Assembly: GCA_963813135.1 (NCBI GenBank)
Contig: CAWEXY010000021.1
Location: 32,001-96,000, forward strand
Source of the DNA: an uncultured Verrucomicrobiae bacterium
Lineage (GTDB): Bacteria > Chlamydiota > Chlamydiia > Chlamydiales > Rhabdochlamydiaceae
Length of the DNA stretch: 64,000 nucleotides
Direction: 5' to 3'
Below are positions 10,297 to 22,862 of this stretch, one piece after another. The translations under genes were made by a program, and so were the position numbers. Position 1 is the stretch's first letter; every line of letters begins with the position of its first letter. The notes below the pieces were generated by a model. That model was not told where the DNA came from. It made no database searches and saw nothing but the letters and a program-made list of their open reading frames with translations.

Positions 10297-12843
10297 ATGT
10301 TCGATAAATTTACTAATCGCGCAAAACAAGTCATCAAGCTCGCTAAGAAAGAAGCCCAACGCCTCAATCACAATTATCTTGGCACAGAGCATGTACTCCT
10401 CGGGCTCCTCAAGCTCGGGCAAGGGATCGCCGTCAATGTACTGCGCAACCTCAACCTCGACTATGAAACTGTCCGCCAAGAGGTCGAACGGCTCGTCGGA
10501 TTCGGACCTGAGATCCAAGTCTATGGCGACCCCGCCCTCACCGCCAAGGTTAAAAAAGTCTTCGAGTTCGCCAATGAAGAAGCCGCCAGCCTCGGTCATA
10601 ATTATGTCGGCACCGAACATCTCCTCCTCGCCCTCCTTAGAGAAACCGACGGCGTCGCCGCCCAAGTCCTCGAAAACCTCAATATCAACCTCAAAGACGT
10701 CCGCAAAGAAGTCCTCAAAGAACTCGAGACCTTCAACCTGCAGCTTCCCCCCATGGGCATGGGGACCCCTCCTCCCGCAGCTGGAGGCCCATCTCCTGGC
10801 AAAGTGCCCGAGAAGGGAGGCCTCTCCGCCGATAAAATGCCCGCGCTGAAGGCCTATGGCCATGACCTTACCGAACTTTGCCGCGAAGGCAAACTCGACC
10901 CCGTCATCGGACGCAAGGAAGAAGTCGAACGCCTCATCCTCATCCTCTGCCGCCGCCGCAAAAACAACCCCGTCCTCATCGGAGAAGCCGGCGTTGGTAA
11001 GACCGCCATCGTCGAAGGCCTCGCCCATGCGATCGTCAAAGGCGAAGTTCCCGACAATCTCGCCAAGAAAAAGCTCATTTCCCTCGATCTCACGCTCATG
11101 ATCGCCGGAACGAAATACCGCGGCCAATTTGAAGAGCGCATCAAAGCCGTCATGGACGAGATCAAAAAGAGCGGCAACGTCCTCATGTTCATCGACGAGC
11201 TCCACACCATCGTGGGAGCCGGCGCCGCAGAAGGCGCCATCGACGCTTCCAACATCTTAAAGCCAGCCCTCGCTCGCGGAGAAATCCAGTGCATTGGCGC
11301 GACAACCCTCGATGAATACCGCAAACACATCGAAAAAGATGCCGCTCTTGAGCGCCGCTTCCAAAAAATCCTCGTCGCTCCCCCCTCCATCGAAGAGAGC
11401 ATCCAGATCCTCATGGGCCTCAAACCCAAGTACGAGCAGCACCACCGCTGCTTCTATACCGATGCCGCTGTTAAAGCCGCCGCCTACCTTTCTGACCGTT
11501 ACATCACCGGCCGGTTCCTGCCCGATAAGGCCATCGACCTCATGGACGAGGCCGGCGCGAAAGCCCGCATCGCCTCCATGCACCAGCCGCAAGATATCAC
11601 CAAATACGAGACAGAGATCGAAGAAGTGCGCCTGGCCAAAGAAGACGCCATCGCCAAGCAAGAGTATGAAAAGGCCGCCAAACTGCGCGACAAAGAGAAA
11701 AACCTCCGCGACGAGCTCCAAAATCAAATCCATCAATGGGAAAACCGCAAAGACGAACAGCAAGTCATCGTCGATGAAGAAGAGATCGCGTTCATCGTCG
11801 CTAAACAAACCGGCGTTCCGCTCACCCGCCTCACAGAAGGTGAGACAACGAAAGTCCTCAAGATGGAAGAAGAGCTCAAACAAGCCATCATCGGTCAAGA
11901 CGATGCCGTCCGCACCGTCTGCAGCTCCATCCGCCGCAGCCGTGCCGACATTAAAGATCCTAACCGCCCCATTGGCGCGTTCCTGTTCCTAGGCCCCACA
12001 GGCGTTGGCAAAACGCTCCTCGCCAAACAGCTCGCCATCCACATGTTCGGCGGCGAAGACGCCCTCATCCAAGTCGACATGTCCGAGTACATGGAGAAAT
12101 TTGCCGTCAGCCGCATGACCGGCTCTCCTCCCGGCTATGTCGGTTACGAAGAAGGCGGACAACTCACCGAGCAAGTCCGTCAGCGCCCCTATTGCGTCGT
12201 CCTCTTTGACGAAATCGAAAAAGCCCATCGCGATGTGATGAACCTCCTCCTGCAAGTCCTCGAAGAAGGACGCCTCACCGACGCGTTTGGCCGCAAGATC
12301 GATTTCCGCAATACGATCATCATCATGACCTCCAACCTCGGCGCCGACCTCATCCGCGGTCAAACCGAAGTCGGGTTTGGCGCATCTCAAGCAGTCCTTG
12401 ATGAGAAGAAAATGAGAGCGACGATCAAAAAAGCCTCTGAAAAACACTTCCCGCCCGAATTCCTCAACCGCCTTGACGGCCTCGTCATCTTCAAACCTCT
12501 CGACAAAGTCGAACTCCTCAAAGTCATCGACCTCGAGATGAAGAAAGTGCAAGAGCGTCTGACACGCAAGCACCTCCTTCTCACGCTCGATCAGTCAGCC
12601 AAAGACTTCCTCGTCCTCAAAGGATACGAGCCCGAGTTCGGCGCCCGCCCGATCCGCCGCGCGATCGAGCGGTATATCGAAGAGCCCCTCTCGGAATGGA
12701 TCCTACGCAACCCCAATAAGCAAGGAACGCTCCTTTGCTCAGTGAAAGGCGAAGAAGTCTCGTTCCAAGAGCAAGATATGCCAAGCGACGCGAAAGCGCC
12801 CCTGGCGCTTGCGGGGCCTGCGGGACAACAAGAGAAGAAATAG
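10297..12843 (+). CDS. clpC: ATP-dependent Clp protease ATP-binding subunit ClpC
   Basis: Two Clp_N repeats ([18 protein letters not shown]), two Walker A motifs ([16 protein letters not shown]), a UVR coiled coil ([11 protein letters not shown]) and the GSPPGYVGY pore loop. Confidence 0.98.
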   Translation: MFDKFTNRAKQVIKLAKKEAQRLNHNYLGTEHVLLGLLKLGQGIAVNVLRNLNLDYETVRQEVERLVGFGPEIQVYGDPALTAKVKKVFEFANEEAASLGHNYVGTEHLLLALLRETDGVAAQVLENLNINLKDVRKEVLKELETFNLQLPPMGMGTPPPAAGGPSPGKVPEKGGLSADKMPALKAYGHDLTELCREGKLDPVIGRKEEVERLILILCRRRKNNPVLIGEAGVGKTAIVEGLAHAIVKGEVPDNLAKKKLISLDLTLMIAGTKYRGQFEERIKAVMDEIKKSGNVLMFIDELHTIVGAGAAEGAIDASNILKPALARGEIQCIGATTLDEYRKHIEKDAALERRFQKILVAPPSIEESIQILMGLKPKYEQHHRCFYTDAAVKAAAYLSDRYITGRFLPDKAIDLMDEAGAKARIASMHQPQDITKYETEIEEVRLAKEDAIAKQEYEKAAKLRDKEKNLRDELQNQIHQWENRKDEQQVIVDEEEIAFIVAKQTGVPLTRLTEGETTKVLKMEEELKQAIIGQDDAVRTVCSSIRRSRADIKDPNRPIGAFLFLGPTGVGKTLLAKQLAIHMFGGEDALIQVDMSEYMEKFAVSRMTGSPPGYVGYEEGGQLTEQVRQRPYCVVLFDEIEKAHRDVMNLLLQVLEEGRLTDAFGRKIDFRNTIIIMTSNLGADLIRGQTEVGFGASQAVLDEKKMRATIKKASEKHFPPEFLNRLDGLVIFKPLDKVELLKVIDLEMKKVQERLTRKHLLLTLDQSAKDFLVLKGYEPEFGARPIRRAIERYIEEPLSEWILRNPNKQGTLLCSVKGEEVSFQEQDMPSDAKAPLALAGPAGQQEKK

Positions 12844-12846
12844 CCG

Positions 12847-13152
12847 TTAATCGTTGACGGCTCTATTTTTTAAAGCAATGAGCGCGATGTCGTAGCATTG
12901 GGCTGCGTTATTGAGATATTCTTCTTCCTTTTCCAGGCCGTCTCCGTCGATGACCTTTGCAGCCATTTCTGTCCAAAGTTCTGCCGCATAGAATATCGAG
13001 CGAATTTCTAGACAGTTGTTCAATTGTTTGCTTTCAGTGCTGAGCGGGGTCATTAACTTAGCGGCAGTATAGAGATCGCCATCCCGTTCAAATTTCTTTG
13101 CTAGTTGGTATATAGCGACTTGTTGCGCAGTCGAATCAATTATCGAAACCAT
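12847..13152 (-). CDS. Small helical hypothetical protein
   Basis: 101-aa ORF with a GGAGGG RBS upstream and a TPR-like helical pattern, convergent with clpC. Confidence 0.5.
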   Translation of the reverse strand: MVSIIDSTAQQVAIYQLAKKFERDGDLYTAAKLMTPLSTESKQLNNCLEIRSIFYAAELWTEMAAKVIDGDGLEKEEEYLNNAAQCYDIALIALKNRAVND

Positions 13153-13277
13153 CCAACCCTCCTACCTTTGCAGAAAAGCATACCGTTTTTTCTCGATATA
13201 CAAATAGCAAAAGAATGTGTAGCAATCCTTACAAAAATGCTTTTCCGTTTTCAGCTTCATGAAGTAAACTCTGTTGC

Positions 13278-16200
13278 ATGCGTTGGTATCTTCTAGCTCT
13301 TTTCTTCTCTGCGCAACTCTTCTCGGATAGTTCTTATACTCTGGCAGTGACTGAAGGCGAACCGTCCTCTCTCGTCGAAGGAATGGTCAGCGCCATTACG
13401 GGCGACCTTTATATATCCCACGAAGACACCTTTGTTCAAGGAGCTGTACCGCTGCAGCTTGTTCGGCATTATATAAGTGGCGATGGCAGAGGGAAGTTCG
13501 CAGGATGGACCTTTTTTAATTACTTCGAAGCCACCTACCAAAGCACTGATGGCCCACCGATTATTACTATCCGAGATATGAATGGAACGCTTTGCCAATA
13601 CAAAGGTTCTGCTGAAGAAGTGAAAAAGCATTACGAAAGGCGCAAAAAGACAAATGGGAATCTTGCAAAAAGCAGATTTTCTAGCGCCGCGACTCAAATG
13701 CCCGGATTCACCAATACATCTCGCGGGCAACTCTCCGCTCTAACTAATCTTAAAAATGGCCATGTTCTCTTAGATGCAGACGCCGGATATTTTACTGTAT
13801 TCTCAGCAGATGGAACGCAAAGGTGCTATGGGAAAGCCCCTCATCAAGAAGACTTTGTTGCCGTTATTACGAATACAACGAATGAATCATTGAAATACCT
13901 CATCCAATGGGAACGCTTACCAACAGGGCCCATCATTTTTTATGGTTACAACAAGAAAAACTCGATCAATTCCATTCGCATCACCAGCCCCGATCATTCC
14001 AAAAATTATGCCTCCATTAGCTTCAATTACACAAAAAAGGATGAAAAAGAAGATTGCGAGGCCCACACCAGCGATGGGAAAAAAATCGAATACCGCTACA
14101 AGAACCGTCAAAAAGACATTGACAAAGCCGATTCTTTTTGTCTCCGTCACGTTAGTTCTTCAACAACACCTCCAAATGGCCTTGATTATTACGAGATGCA
14201 CACTTATTGCGGCCCTCTCTTACGCCATTACGGCACAGCAGCCAATCGTTTCTTTAACATCGACTATTATCGTCCCCACCATAATGACGTTGGGGGCGTG
14301 GGTGTCCATATCTCGAAACACGACTCTCGCATCACTCGCGTCAAAACATTAAGCGCCCCTGTGGGCACGGATGCCACCCCCCATGTGACGCATCGTTTTT
14401 TTTATGACATGGGAAATCGCTGCACTGATGTTCGCCAAATCGACAACACGCTCACACGCTATTACTACTCCCCGAGCTGCGCCTCAACACGATCCAACGT
14501 TTTGGGAAAAATGACGCTCACATCCATAGCGAGACCTTCCTTTGGGGAGGCGATGGAACTCTTTTTTGCCGAAGCTTTTTAGATTCTAAAAACAAGCCGT
14601 ATTTTTCCCGGCGTTTCATCTATGATGGCAGCGGCAATGTTCTCGAAGAAAGATTTTATGGCAATTTCTCCGGCACATCTTCGGGCCCGACAATGGGGAA
14701 CGACGGTTATCCCTTAGAAAATACGAGCGAAGTCTGTGTCACTAAATTTGAATATTCGCAAGACGGCCGCAACCTTCTCATCCGCAAACAAGAGTCCAAC
14801 GGCCAAGTTACACTCTTCTCCTATCTTTCGAATGCGACCCTTCTTTCTTCTAAATTTATCTGTGACGGCGACCAGATAAAAATTCGTCAATTCTACGAAT
14901 ATAATAACGATCTCATCTTGACCCGGGAGGTCATCGACAATGGCAGCTCCCCTGATCCTGCTAATCTCTCAGGCGTCACAGTACGAAAAATTAAAACGAT
15001 CATTCCTATCAGCAGCGGGACGTTCGTCAACATGCCCTATGTCATCGAAGAAAAGTACTGGAATGGCTCTGGAGAAGTTCTGCTCAATAAAATCGGCTTT
15101 ATCTATGACGGCCAGGGCCGTATCTCCCAAAAACATATCTATGACAGCCAAGGAAACTTTTGTTATGCACTTAAAACCTCCTACGATGGGCACGGCAATC
15201 CCGTCGAAGAGACCAACGCCATAGGCCAAGCCGCCAAATATGCGTATGATGAAGTCGACAACTGCATCTTTTCCCAAGATGCTAGTGGAAAGAAGTCTAT
15301 GCGCATGTCCTATGACTTTTCTAATCGCCTCATTCAAACAGAAGAGGCCGGCATCGATGGGACGAAGCGCATCACTCAGCATCGCTATGACGGCAAGCAT
15401 AATAAAATTGCCTCTATCGATCCTTATGGGAACGAAACCCGCTATGTCCACGACAACCTTGGCCATATCCTTGAAACCCACCTTCCTTCGTCCACCGATC
15501 TTCATCCCGTTCTCTACTCGAGTTATGACGACGCAGGAAGAGAGATAGCCCAAATTGATGCCAACGGGAACACCACGACCAAACAATACAATGCCCGCAA
15601 TCAGGTAATGTCTGTCACGCATCCCGATGGCACAGAAGAACACTTTATTTACAATATCGATGGCACACTCAAAACCCGCATCGATGCCCTCGGAACAACC
15701 ACCGGCTACACGTACGATTATTTAGGCCGTCAAACATCCATCACAACCTCCTTTCAAGGCGATATTCTCACCCAAGAGCACTTTACCTATGATGGATTCA
15801 ATCTCCTTTCAAAAACCGATGCCGAGGGCAATACCACCTATTATTTCTACGATGGCGCAGGCCGTAAAATTGCTGAAGAGCTCGATGGAGAACGCATCAA
15901 CTACAGTTACGACTCCCTTGGGCGCCTTCATATCGTCCAAAAGGGCGATCTTCTTTCGATCACCGAATATGATCTTCTCAACCAAGTCATCGAAGAAAGA
16001 AACGAAGATACTTCGGGCACTCTTCTCACCAAAACCCTCTACGCCTATGATGAAGCTGGCAACCGCTCTTCCATTACAACCTATCCGCATAACAAAGAAG
16101 CTAAAGAACACTTCCTCTACGACGCCTTCAACAGGCTCATCCAACAAGTAGATGCCCTAGGCCATACTACCTCTATCGCCTACAACGACCACTACCGGAA

Positions 16201-18691
16201 TACGCAAGGACAATATGTCCTGCAAAAAACAACCACCGACCCCGTGGGCCTCCAAACCATCGAAACCTTCGACGTTTACGGCAGACTCGCGGCGACAGAA
16301 GTGTGTAATTCTTTCGGAGAGCTCATCAAACACGAAGAGCAAGCGTTCGATGCAAATGGCAACACCATCTACCATCGAGATTCTCGCCAAGTTGCCACTC
16401 TATGGGAATACGATTCGATGAACCGCCCCATTTCTTTGGCTGAAGCTGCCAACACCCCCTCTCAAAAAATCACGCGCTATTCCTACACCCCCATAGGCCA
16501 ACTGGATCAAACCATCAAACCCGATGGCACGCTCATTCAAAATATCTACGATCCCCTCGGACTCCTCATCGAACTCAAATCCTCCGATATTCATTATTCG
16601 TTCCGATATAACCGCCTAGGCCAAGAAATTGAAAGCCGCGATATGCACACCAAGGCCACCGTCCTCCGTACCTACGATTCCCATGGTCGCACCCTCTCAG
16701 AGACCCTTCCCCATAATCTAACCATTTCAAAAACCTATGACGACCAAGGGCGGCGCGCGCGCCTTAACTTACCTGACGGCTCCTCCGTCCAATATCTCTA
16801 TGACGCCCTCTACACTCGCTCCATCCACCGCCTCTCATCCCGAGGAAAGACTCTCTACTCTCACTACTACACAGACTATGACCTCAGCAGCAACCTCCTA
16901 AAGCAGCAACTCATTGGAAATGCCGGCACGCTCACAACGACAATCGACCCCCTCCACCGTACCATTGCCACGCACTCCTCTCACTTCTTACAGCAAATCA
17001 CCGCCTTTGACGCCATCGGCAACATTCTCGCACTCTCTACCCAAAATACTTCGCAGTCCTTTACCTATGACCATCTCTACCAACTCATTTCCGAAAATGC
17101 TCACATCTACGCTTATGACTCCCACTCCAACCGCCTACAAAAGGATAACGAACCCTACACCCTTAACGTTCTCAACCAGATTCCCTCCCACTATCAATAC
17201 GACGACAACGGAAACCCCATCGCTGACCTCGATAACCATTATCAATACGACTCCCTAGACCGTCTAATTTCTGTACAAACGCCGTACCACCGCGTCACCT
17301 TTACCTACGACGCCCATCACCGCCGTCTCACTAAAACAACCTACATTTTCGCTGATGCTCCCATGTATGATTGGATTGAACGAGAAACGATCCATTTCCT
17401 CTATGATGATGACAAAGAGATCGGTGCAGCCGATGCACACGGCAGCCTCCTCCAATTCCGCGTCCTTCATCCCGATGCCTTATCCGAGCGCGGCGCTGCT
17501 ATCGCTCTTGAACTCAACCAAAAAACCTATGCTCCCCTCCACGATCTTTTTGGCAATATCATCTCGCTCATTTCCCTTACTGGCGCCCCGATAGAAACCT
17601 ACTCTTACACCGCCTTTGGCGAGGAACAGATCTTCGATAAAAGAGGCTATTCCCTCAACGTCAGCTATGCCCACAATCCTTGGAGATATGCTTCCAAACG
17701 CATCGATGAAGAAACAGGTCTCATCTTCTTTGGCCGTCGTTACTATACGCCCCTGCATGGCCGCTGGTTCACTCCGGACCCCGCAGGCTACGTAGATGGT
17801 TACAATCTATACTCCTTCGTCGCTAACAACCCCTTTCTCAACATCGATCTCTACGGTCTTGCCATCGAGCGCTCCTTCGGCCTCAACCCCGACGGTTCCT
17901 TTGAAATCCGACAATTCGATCCCATCAAAACTCTGGACCACCAGCCGCCCTCCTACTCCTTGAGCAATTCCTCTTACTCCTATCAGCAGGATTCTCGAGA
18001 TAATGACTCCAGTTCGCGAGATATTTCACATGTCAAAAATCTAGCTGTTGCCTCATTAGATGCCGCTGGCCGCAGCCTGCGCAATACAAATTCTTTTTTC
18101 ACTAGCTTAGCTCCCATTTCAAACACTCCTTGGTCCAAGAAAATTAATGTATTTGAGGGCGCTTTTGAATATTGTCATTCTCTGCATCAGAAGCAATTGC
18201 ATAAAGTCTTGCCAGAGGAAGAGCGTGCCTCTTATTACGACACTGTGGTTTTGGGTGAATCCTTGGTTTTGGATCTAGTTATCGCTAGAAAGGCATCTGG
18301 TGAATTGGCATCAGGAGGATTGCGGCATTATATTGGAAAGGCTTTGAACTTTATCCAAGGGCGAAAAATCAACGGGCCTGCTTGCAGCTCTGTTAACGCA
18401 TTAAAGTTAAAAAATTCTCTCATATCAAAGGAAATATCAGGAGGACATGCTTTTACAAAACATGTCATCACCAGAAATGAATTTGGCGGATTCTCACAAT
18501 TTGAATTTGAGCAGCACATTAGGAATATAATAAACAATCCAACAGAAATGAAAATATTAACAAGAGGTCGTACAGCCTACTGGCATCAAGAAAGCAGAAC
18601 AGTCGTAATACGCGATCCCCTTCATCGCGATGGAGGAACAGCTTTTCGACCGACATTAGGGAAAAAATATTACGACGAGGTATTAAAATAA
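13278..18691 (+). CDS. RHS/YD-repeat polymorphic toxin with Sec signal peptide, split by a 1-nt frameshift at 14470-14473 (about 1804 aa when restored)
   Basis: Signal peptide MRWYLLALFFSAQLFS, many YD repeats, and RHS core end 'PWRYASKRIDEETGLIFFGRRYY..GRWFTPDPAG...NLYSFVANNPFLNIDLYGL' finishing at 17860, followed by an AT-richer variable C-terminus. The frame of ORF 14693 is open back to the CCCC run at 14470 (PELRLNTIQRFGKND...RRFIYDGSGNVLEERFYG). Confidence 0.9.
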
Positions 18692-18697
18692 GGAAAC

Positions 18698-19027
18698 ATG
18701 GAAAATAAAACCTTCAAAGTGAATCTTGAAAAAGATCGTCCAATAATTAACATTCTCGGCGAGATCTGTTGGGGTTTTCAAATAGAAAACTTTGAAAAGA
18801 AAATAGGCGTAAAGAAAGAAATCGCTGAAGCTTTACTAGAAAAGTTGTTAAAAGAAGAAAAAACAGGAGTCGTTGAAGTATTCCTCACCGAAAGTGATGT
18901 TAACATTATCAAAAGAGCTTTTACAGAGGTCTCCAGGGAGATCGAGAAATGGGAATTCCCTATACGGCTAGGCATTTCTCTAGAAGAGGCATCACAAATT
19001 GAAATTTTAAAACCAGAAAACAACTAA
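18698..19027 (+). CDS. Putative cognate immunity protein of the RHS toxin
   Basis: Acidic 109-aa ORF starting 6 bp after the toxin stop, with RBS AAGGA. It has an internally repeated pattern (ILGEICWGFQIENFEKKIG / AFTEVSREIEKWEFPIRLG). Confidence 0.75.
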   Translation: MENKTFKVNLEKDRPIINILGEICWGFQIENFEKKIGVKKEIAEALLEKLLKEEKTGVVEVFLTESDVNIIKRAFTEVSREIEKWEFPIRLGISLEEASQIEILKPENN

Positions 19028-19161
19028 CAAACTAAAGCTAGCAAATAAAATAATTTTGCAACAAAAAAAGATATAATACTGCTAACATCTCACCTGGAAA
19101 ATTGCCTCAATCATTCCTACATCTACAAAAAAAGCACAAAAGTTAATGAAGGCCATTAAAA

Positions 19162-19425
19162 ATGAAACTGATTAAATTAAATGAAGATGAATTTAAATAC
19201 ATATCTTCCGCTTCATTTTTATCTGAAAAATTACGTAAAAATCTAACTCAAGGTCTTCAGAACAATAGTCCCCCTTATTTATTGAATCTTTCCGAAGATA
19301 TTGCAGATGAATATAGAGATCTTTTCGGAGAACAACTCCAAATAAATGAGTTTGATGAAAATTATGAACTCACTAAAGAGGGAGCCATCCTTGAATCGTT
19401 AATTGATAAATTTTTTTGTGGATGA
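19162..19425 (+). CDS. Putative orphan immunity protein
   Basis: Acidic, AT-rich 87-aa ORF downstream of the first immunity gene. The ending 'FDENYELTKEGAILESLIDKF' resembles CdiI-type immunity proteins. Confidence 0.6.
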   Translation: MKLIKLNEDEFKYISSASFLSEKLRKNLTQGLQNNSPPYLLNLSEDIADEYRDLFGEQLQINEFDENYELTKEGAILESLIDKFFCG

Positions 19426-19465
19426 GACCTTTTTTTTCTCACACATAATGCCAATTAAGGAGCCT

Positions 19466-20410
19466 CTAGCAAGCTGTTTCTAGGACGAATTTTACAACCG
19501 ACGCGATGTTCCATATTTCTTTTTCAAATGCCTTAAATTTATGGCACAAATTATCGCTGTCAGTGACATAAGTTTTCATCTCTTTCGCGGCCATTTCAGA
19601 TAAAGCTTCGCAGCTTAATTGAGAAGTCTCAGAGGATTTTTCAGAGCCTTCTGATGGCAAAGGAAGAAAATATATGTTATAGTCCGTAAAACCCCGTGTG
19701 TATTTTCGAACATTTGCTTCTAAACTCTTAGGATCTATGGCTTGTCCACTGAAAAATGTTTCCACAAAAGCCTTTTGCCTATAAGCCCGAAGTTGGATGT
19801 TAGCTGGTTCTGGCGTCATAGGATCTATTTCTTTTAATACATCCTCTTTGACCTGATTGATAATCGCCCGGTCATATCCTTCGAGCCTTATCCGCTTTGT
19901 TATCTTTAGATGAGTAATTAATACTCCTTCTTTATCGTATGCTTGATTAGCGCTTGTGCCGATAATATCCCTTTCGTCAAAATAGAGAGAAACAAAATTG
20001 GCCATATGTTTTGGAATCGCAATTCCTCCGAACAAATAAACGTTCAATTTTCTCTGTTCTTCAGGATTTAGCTTTATTAAAGCCAGCCTTGTGATTTCCG
20101 TTCCATGGCTATGAGCAAATAACGCCACACGCGATTTTAATTGCAATTTCAAACGGATTTGTTCGACCAAGAAATTCGCTAGAGCAGCTTCGCTTTCGAC
20201 TTGAGCAGCAGAGCCAAAATTGAAGTATCCCGACACCTTTGTAAAATTATATACAATTGTTACAACACGCTCATTGAACGCCTTTGAAATGAGGCTCGCC
20301 TGTTCCATGGCTTGTTCTTGTGAAGATTCAATCCCATTACAATACATCAGCTGGAATTGTGCTGGTGTGGCTGGATGCTTTCCAATATCAAAAACCGCTA
20401 AATTACTCAT
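19466..20410 (-). CDS. Hypothetical alpha/beta-hydrolase-like protein (DUF687-like)
   Basis: Pattern 'YCNGI.....A......IS......V..VYN', nucleophile-elbow-like 'ALFAHSHG' and a later 'RDII'. Confidence 0.5.
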   Translation of the reverse strand: MSNLAVFDIGKHPATPAQFQLMYCNGIESSQEQAMEQASLISKAFNERVVTIVYNFTKVSGYFNFGSAAQVESEAALANFLVEQIRLKLQLKSRVALFAHSHGTEITRLALIKLNPEEQRKLNVYLFGGIAIPKHMANFVSLYFDERDIIGTSANQAYDKEGVLITHLKITKRIRLEGYDRAIINQVKEDVLKEIDPMTPEPANIQLRAYRQKAFVETFFSGQAIDPKSLEANVRKYTRGFTDYNIYFLPLPSEGSEKSSETSQLSCEALSEMAAKEMKTYVTDSDNLCHKFKAFEKEIWNIASVVKFVLETAC

Positions 20411-20568
20411 AAACCCTGCCTTTGGCTAAAATGAAAGACAATACTAGCAGAATCTATACCTATAACTAAAGTAAAGAAATTATTTTAATAGCAGCTCAAA
20501 GCGCCTATGTGCATGGTCATAACATTCTCATGATGAAAGACTTGGAGTTAAAACACAACTCGCTGATT

Positions 20569-21189
20569 CTAAGTGGCTAAATACTTCACAAACCAGAGCT
20601 CTGCAAGCCTTGCCGCTTGCTCCAGCGTTCCCGCTTCTTCGAATAGATGCGTCGCCCCCGGAATAATCTGCATATCTTTCACGCAGCTCAGAAGCTCGTA
20701 AGCTTCTCTGTTCATCTCTATCACGGGAGCATCATCGCCGCCTACGATGAGAAGCGTCGGCGCTTTTACCCTGGGCAAAGCCTTTGCTGCCAGATCAGGA
20801 CGTCCACCCCTCGATACCACCGCCCCAATCTTCGGATCTCCTGCAGCAGCGATCAGCGCCGCGGCAGCGCCGGTGCTCGCCCCAAAATACCCGATCTTCA
20901 GTCCCCTCGCCTCCGGCTGTTTTCGCAGCCATTCCGTAATCCCCACCAGTCTTTTCGCCAAAAGTTCGATGTTAAATCTTTCTTCGACTTTATCTTCTTT
21001 AGGCACGAGCAAATCAATGAGCAGCGTTCCTAAATCGCTTTCCCTGAGGTGCTCAGCGACAAATTGATTTCTTGGGCTTAAGCGGCTGCTTCCGCTCCCA
21101 TGAGCAAAAATGACAACCCCTTTAGCCCCTGGAGGGATTAAAAGATTTCCTTCTAAGGTGACATCTTGAAGCTGGACTTTCATCGTCAT
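20569..21189 (-). CDS. Dienelactone hydrolase family alpha/beta hydrolase
   Basis: Motifs FAHGSGSSRLSPRN, GYFGASTGAAAAL, VSRGGRPDLA and IPGATHLFEE. Confidence 0.9.
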   Translation of the reverse strand: MTMKVQLQDVTLEGNLLIPPGAKGVVIFAHGSGSSRLSPRNQFVAEHLRESDLGTLLIDLLVPKEDKVEERFNIELLAKRLVGITEWLRKQPEARGLKIGYFGASTGAAAALIAAAGDPKIGAVVSRGGRPDLAAKALPRVKAPTLLIVGGDDAPVIEMNREAYELLSCVKDMQIIPGATHLFEEAGTLEQAARLAELWFVKYLAT

Positions 21190-21225
21190 AGAATTATTAC
21201 ATAATATCCTTTATAATTCTTTCCT

Positions 21226-22272
21226 ATGAAAAGAGTAATTGTCGGCATGTCGGGAGGAGTTGATTCTTCGGTATCAGCCCTGCTTCTTAAGCAGCAGGGA
21301 TACGAAGTCACAGGCCTCTTCATGAAAAATTGGGAAGAGACGGGTCCCGATGGACAATGCCACGCCACCCAAGATTACGAAGATGTCGCCAAAGTCTGCG
21401 ATCAGATCGGCATTCCCTACTACACTGTCAACTTTGCTCAGGAATATTGGGACCGCGTTTTTTCGCTTTTCATCGAAGAGCTTAAACTCGGATATACTCC
21501 CAACCCCGATGTTCTCTGCAATCGCGAGATCAAGTTTAAAGCCTTTTTTGAAAAGGCCCTCACCCTCGGCGCCGATTATATCGCGACAGGCCACTATGCC
21601 CAAACAAAAGACGGCCGCCTTCTTTGCAGCACCGATAATGATAAAGATCAGACCTATTTTCTCTATACCGTCAAAGACCGCATTCTTTCTCAAACGCTTT
21701 TTCCGATCGGCCACTTGACCAAGCCCGAGGTCCGCGCCCTAGCATTAGCGCACAACCTTCCTACCGCTGAGAAAAAAGACAGCACCGGCATCTGCTTTAT
21801 CGGCGAGCGTAAGTTCAGCACCTTTCTCAATCGCTACATCGCCTATCAGACCGGCCCCTTTCAGACCATGGACGGCCGCACCGTGGGCGAGCATAAGGGC
21901 GTTGCCTATTATACGATCGGCCAGCGCAAAGGTCTTGCCATCGGAGGGCCCGGCGATGCGTGGTTCGTTGTCGCTAAAGACACAGCGCGCAACATCGTCT
22001 TTGTCGAGCAAGGCGCCGATCATCCCGCCCTCTATCGCGACCATCTTACCGCAACCGACATCAGCTGGGTCCATGCACCGCCCTCGCTTCCGCTGACCTG
22101 TACCGCAAAAATCCGCTACCGCCAGCCCAGCCAGGAGTGCACGATTGAAAAAATGGAAGACGGCCGTCTTTTTGTGAAGTTTCCCTCGCCGCAGCGTGCA
22201 GTTACTCCACGCCAATCCATCGTCTTTTACGACGAGAGGATCTGCCTCGGAGGAGCTATCATCGAAGAATAA
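21226..22272 (+). CDS. mnmA: tRNA-specific 2-thiouridylase MnmA
   Basis: PP-loop GMSGGVDSS, plus [37 protein letters not shown] and YTIGQRKGL. Confidence 0.98.
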   Translation: MKRVIVGMSGGVDSSVSALLLKQQGYEVTGLFMKNWEETGPDGQCHATQDYEDVAKVCDQIGIPYYTVNFAQEYWDRVFSLFIEELKLGYTPNPDVLCNREIKFKAFFEKALTLGADYIATGHYAQTKDGRLLCSTDNDKDQTYFLYTVKDRILSQTLFPIGHLTKPEVRALALAHNLPTAEKKDSTGICFIGERKFSTFLNRYIAYQTGPFQTMDGRTVGEHKGVAYYTIGQRKGLAIGGPGDAWFVVAKDTARNIVFVEQGADHPALYRDHLTATDISWVHAPPSLPLTCTAKIRYRQPSQECTIEKMEDGRLFVKFPSPQRAVTPRQSIVFYDERICLGGAIIEE

Positions 22273-22310
22273 AACCTTGTATCTTTGATTATCATAAGGA
22301 GAGTCAACTC

Positions 22311-22853
22311 ATGATCAATACAACTCAAACACAAGTTCAGAAAAAAGTAAAAAGACCCTTCACAATCGAAGCCCTAATCCTGATGTTCAATAGCATTCAA
22401 TTGCATATTGACAAGGCCTCTGGTGCAGCAACCGCTCTAGATTTGCGATTACGCGCGATTGCTCAATTAGAACCTAAGGTGCAGGCTGCATTAAAAAAGA
22501 AAAAAAGGCCACCTTATCATCAAGCAAAACTTTCCCACTTGATTGAAGCTATTCTCGAGGTTTTCCCAGACCAACTTAGTCTAACTGAGCAGGCCAAACT
22601 CCAGAATTGTCGACAACCAAGAAATAAAGCCACCCATGGGAGCTTTGCTGAACTAATGATTGAATTAAATGGAAAAGCTCCCAGCAGAGAAATTGATCGC
22701 AAAACTCTGAAACCAAAACCACTAGCTGAAGATGATATAATTGAAGGAGCAATATGCATAGAACGGAATGGTGGTCTTGAAGATTTTTCTCGCAGAGCAA
22801 AAGAAGCAATTGAAATTCTTGAAAAGAAAGTTATGCGTTCTCTTCAGCCATAG
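22311..22853 (+). CDS. Hypothetical protein with HEPN-like Rx4H motif
   Basis: 180-aa helical, AT-rich ORF with RBS AGGAG. It contains RNKATH (22620-22637) in a position typical of HEPN domains. Confidence 0.5.
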   Translation: MINTTQTQVQKKVKRPFTIEALILMFNSIQLHIDKASGAATALDLRLRAIAQLEPKVQAALKKKKRPPYHQAKLSHLIEAILEVFPDQLSLTEQAKLQNCRQPRNKATHGSFAELMIELNGKAPSREIDRKTLKPKPLAEDDIIEGAICIERNGGLEDFSRRAKEAIEILEKKVMRSLQP

Positions 22854-22862
22854 GAGTAATAC

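Noticed and set aside
10231..12584. Long antisense and alternate-frame ORFs over clpC (e.g. 10231..11205, 11257..11898)
   Set aside because: Shadow ORFs caused by the strong C-ending codon bias of a clear clpC gene, with no motifs of their own.
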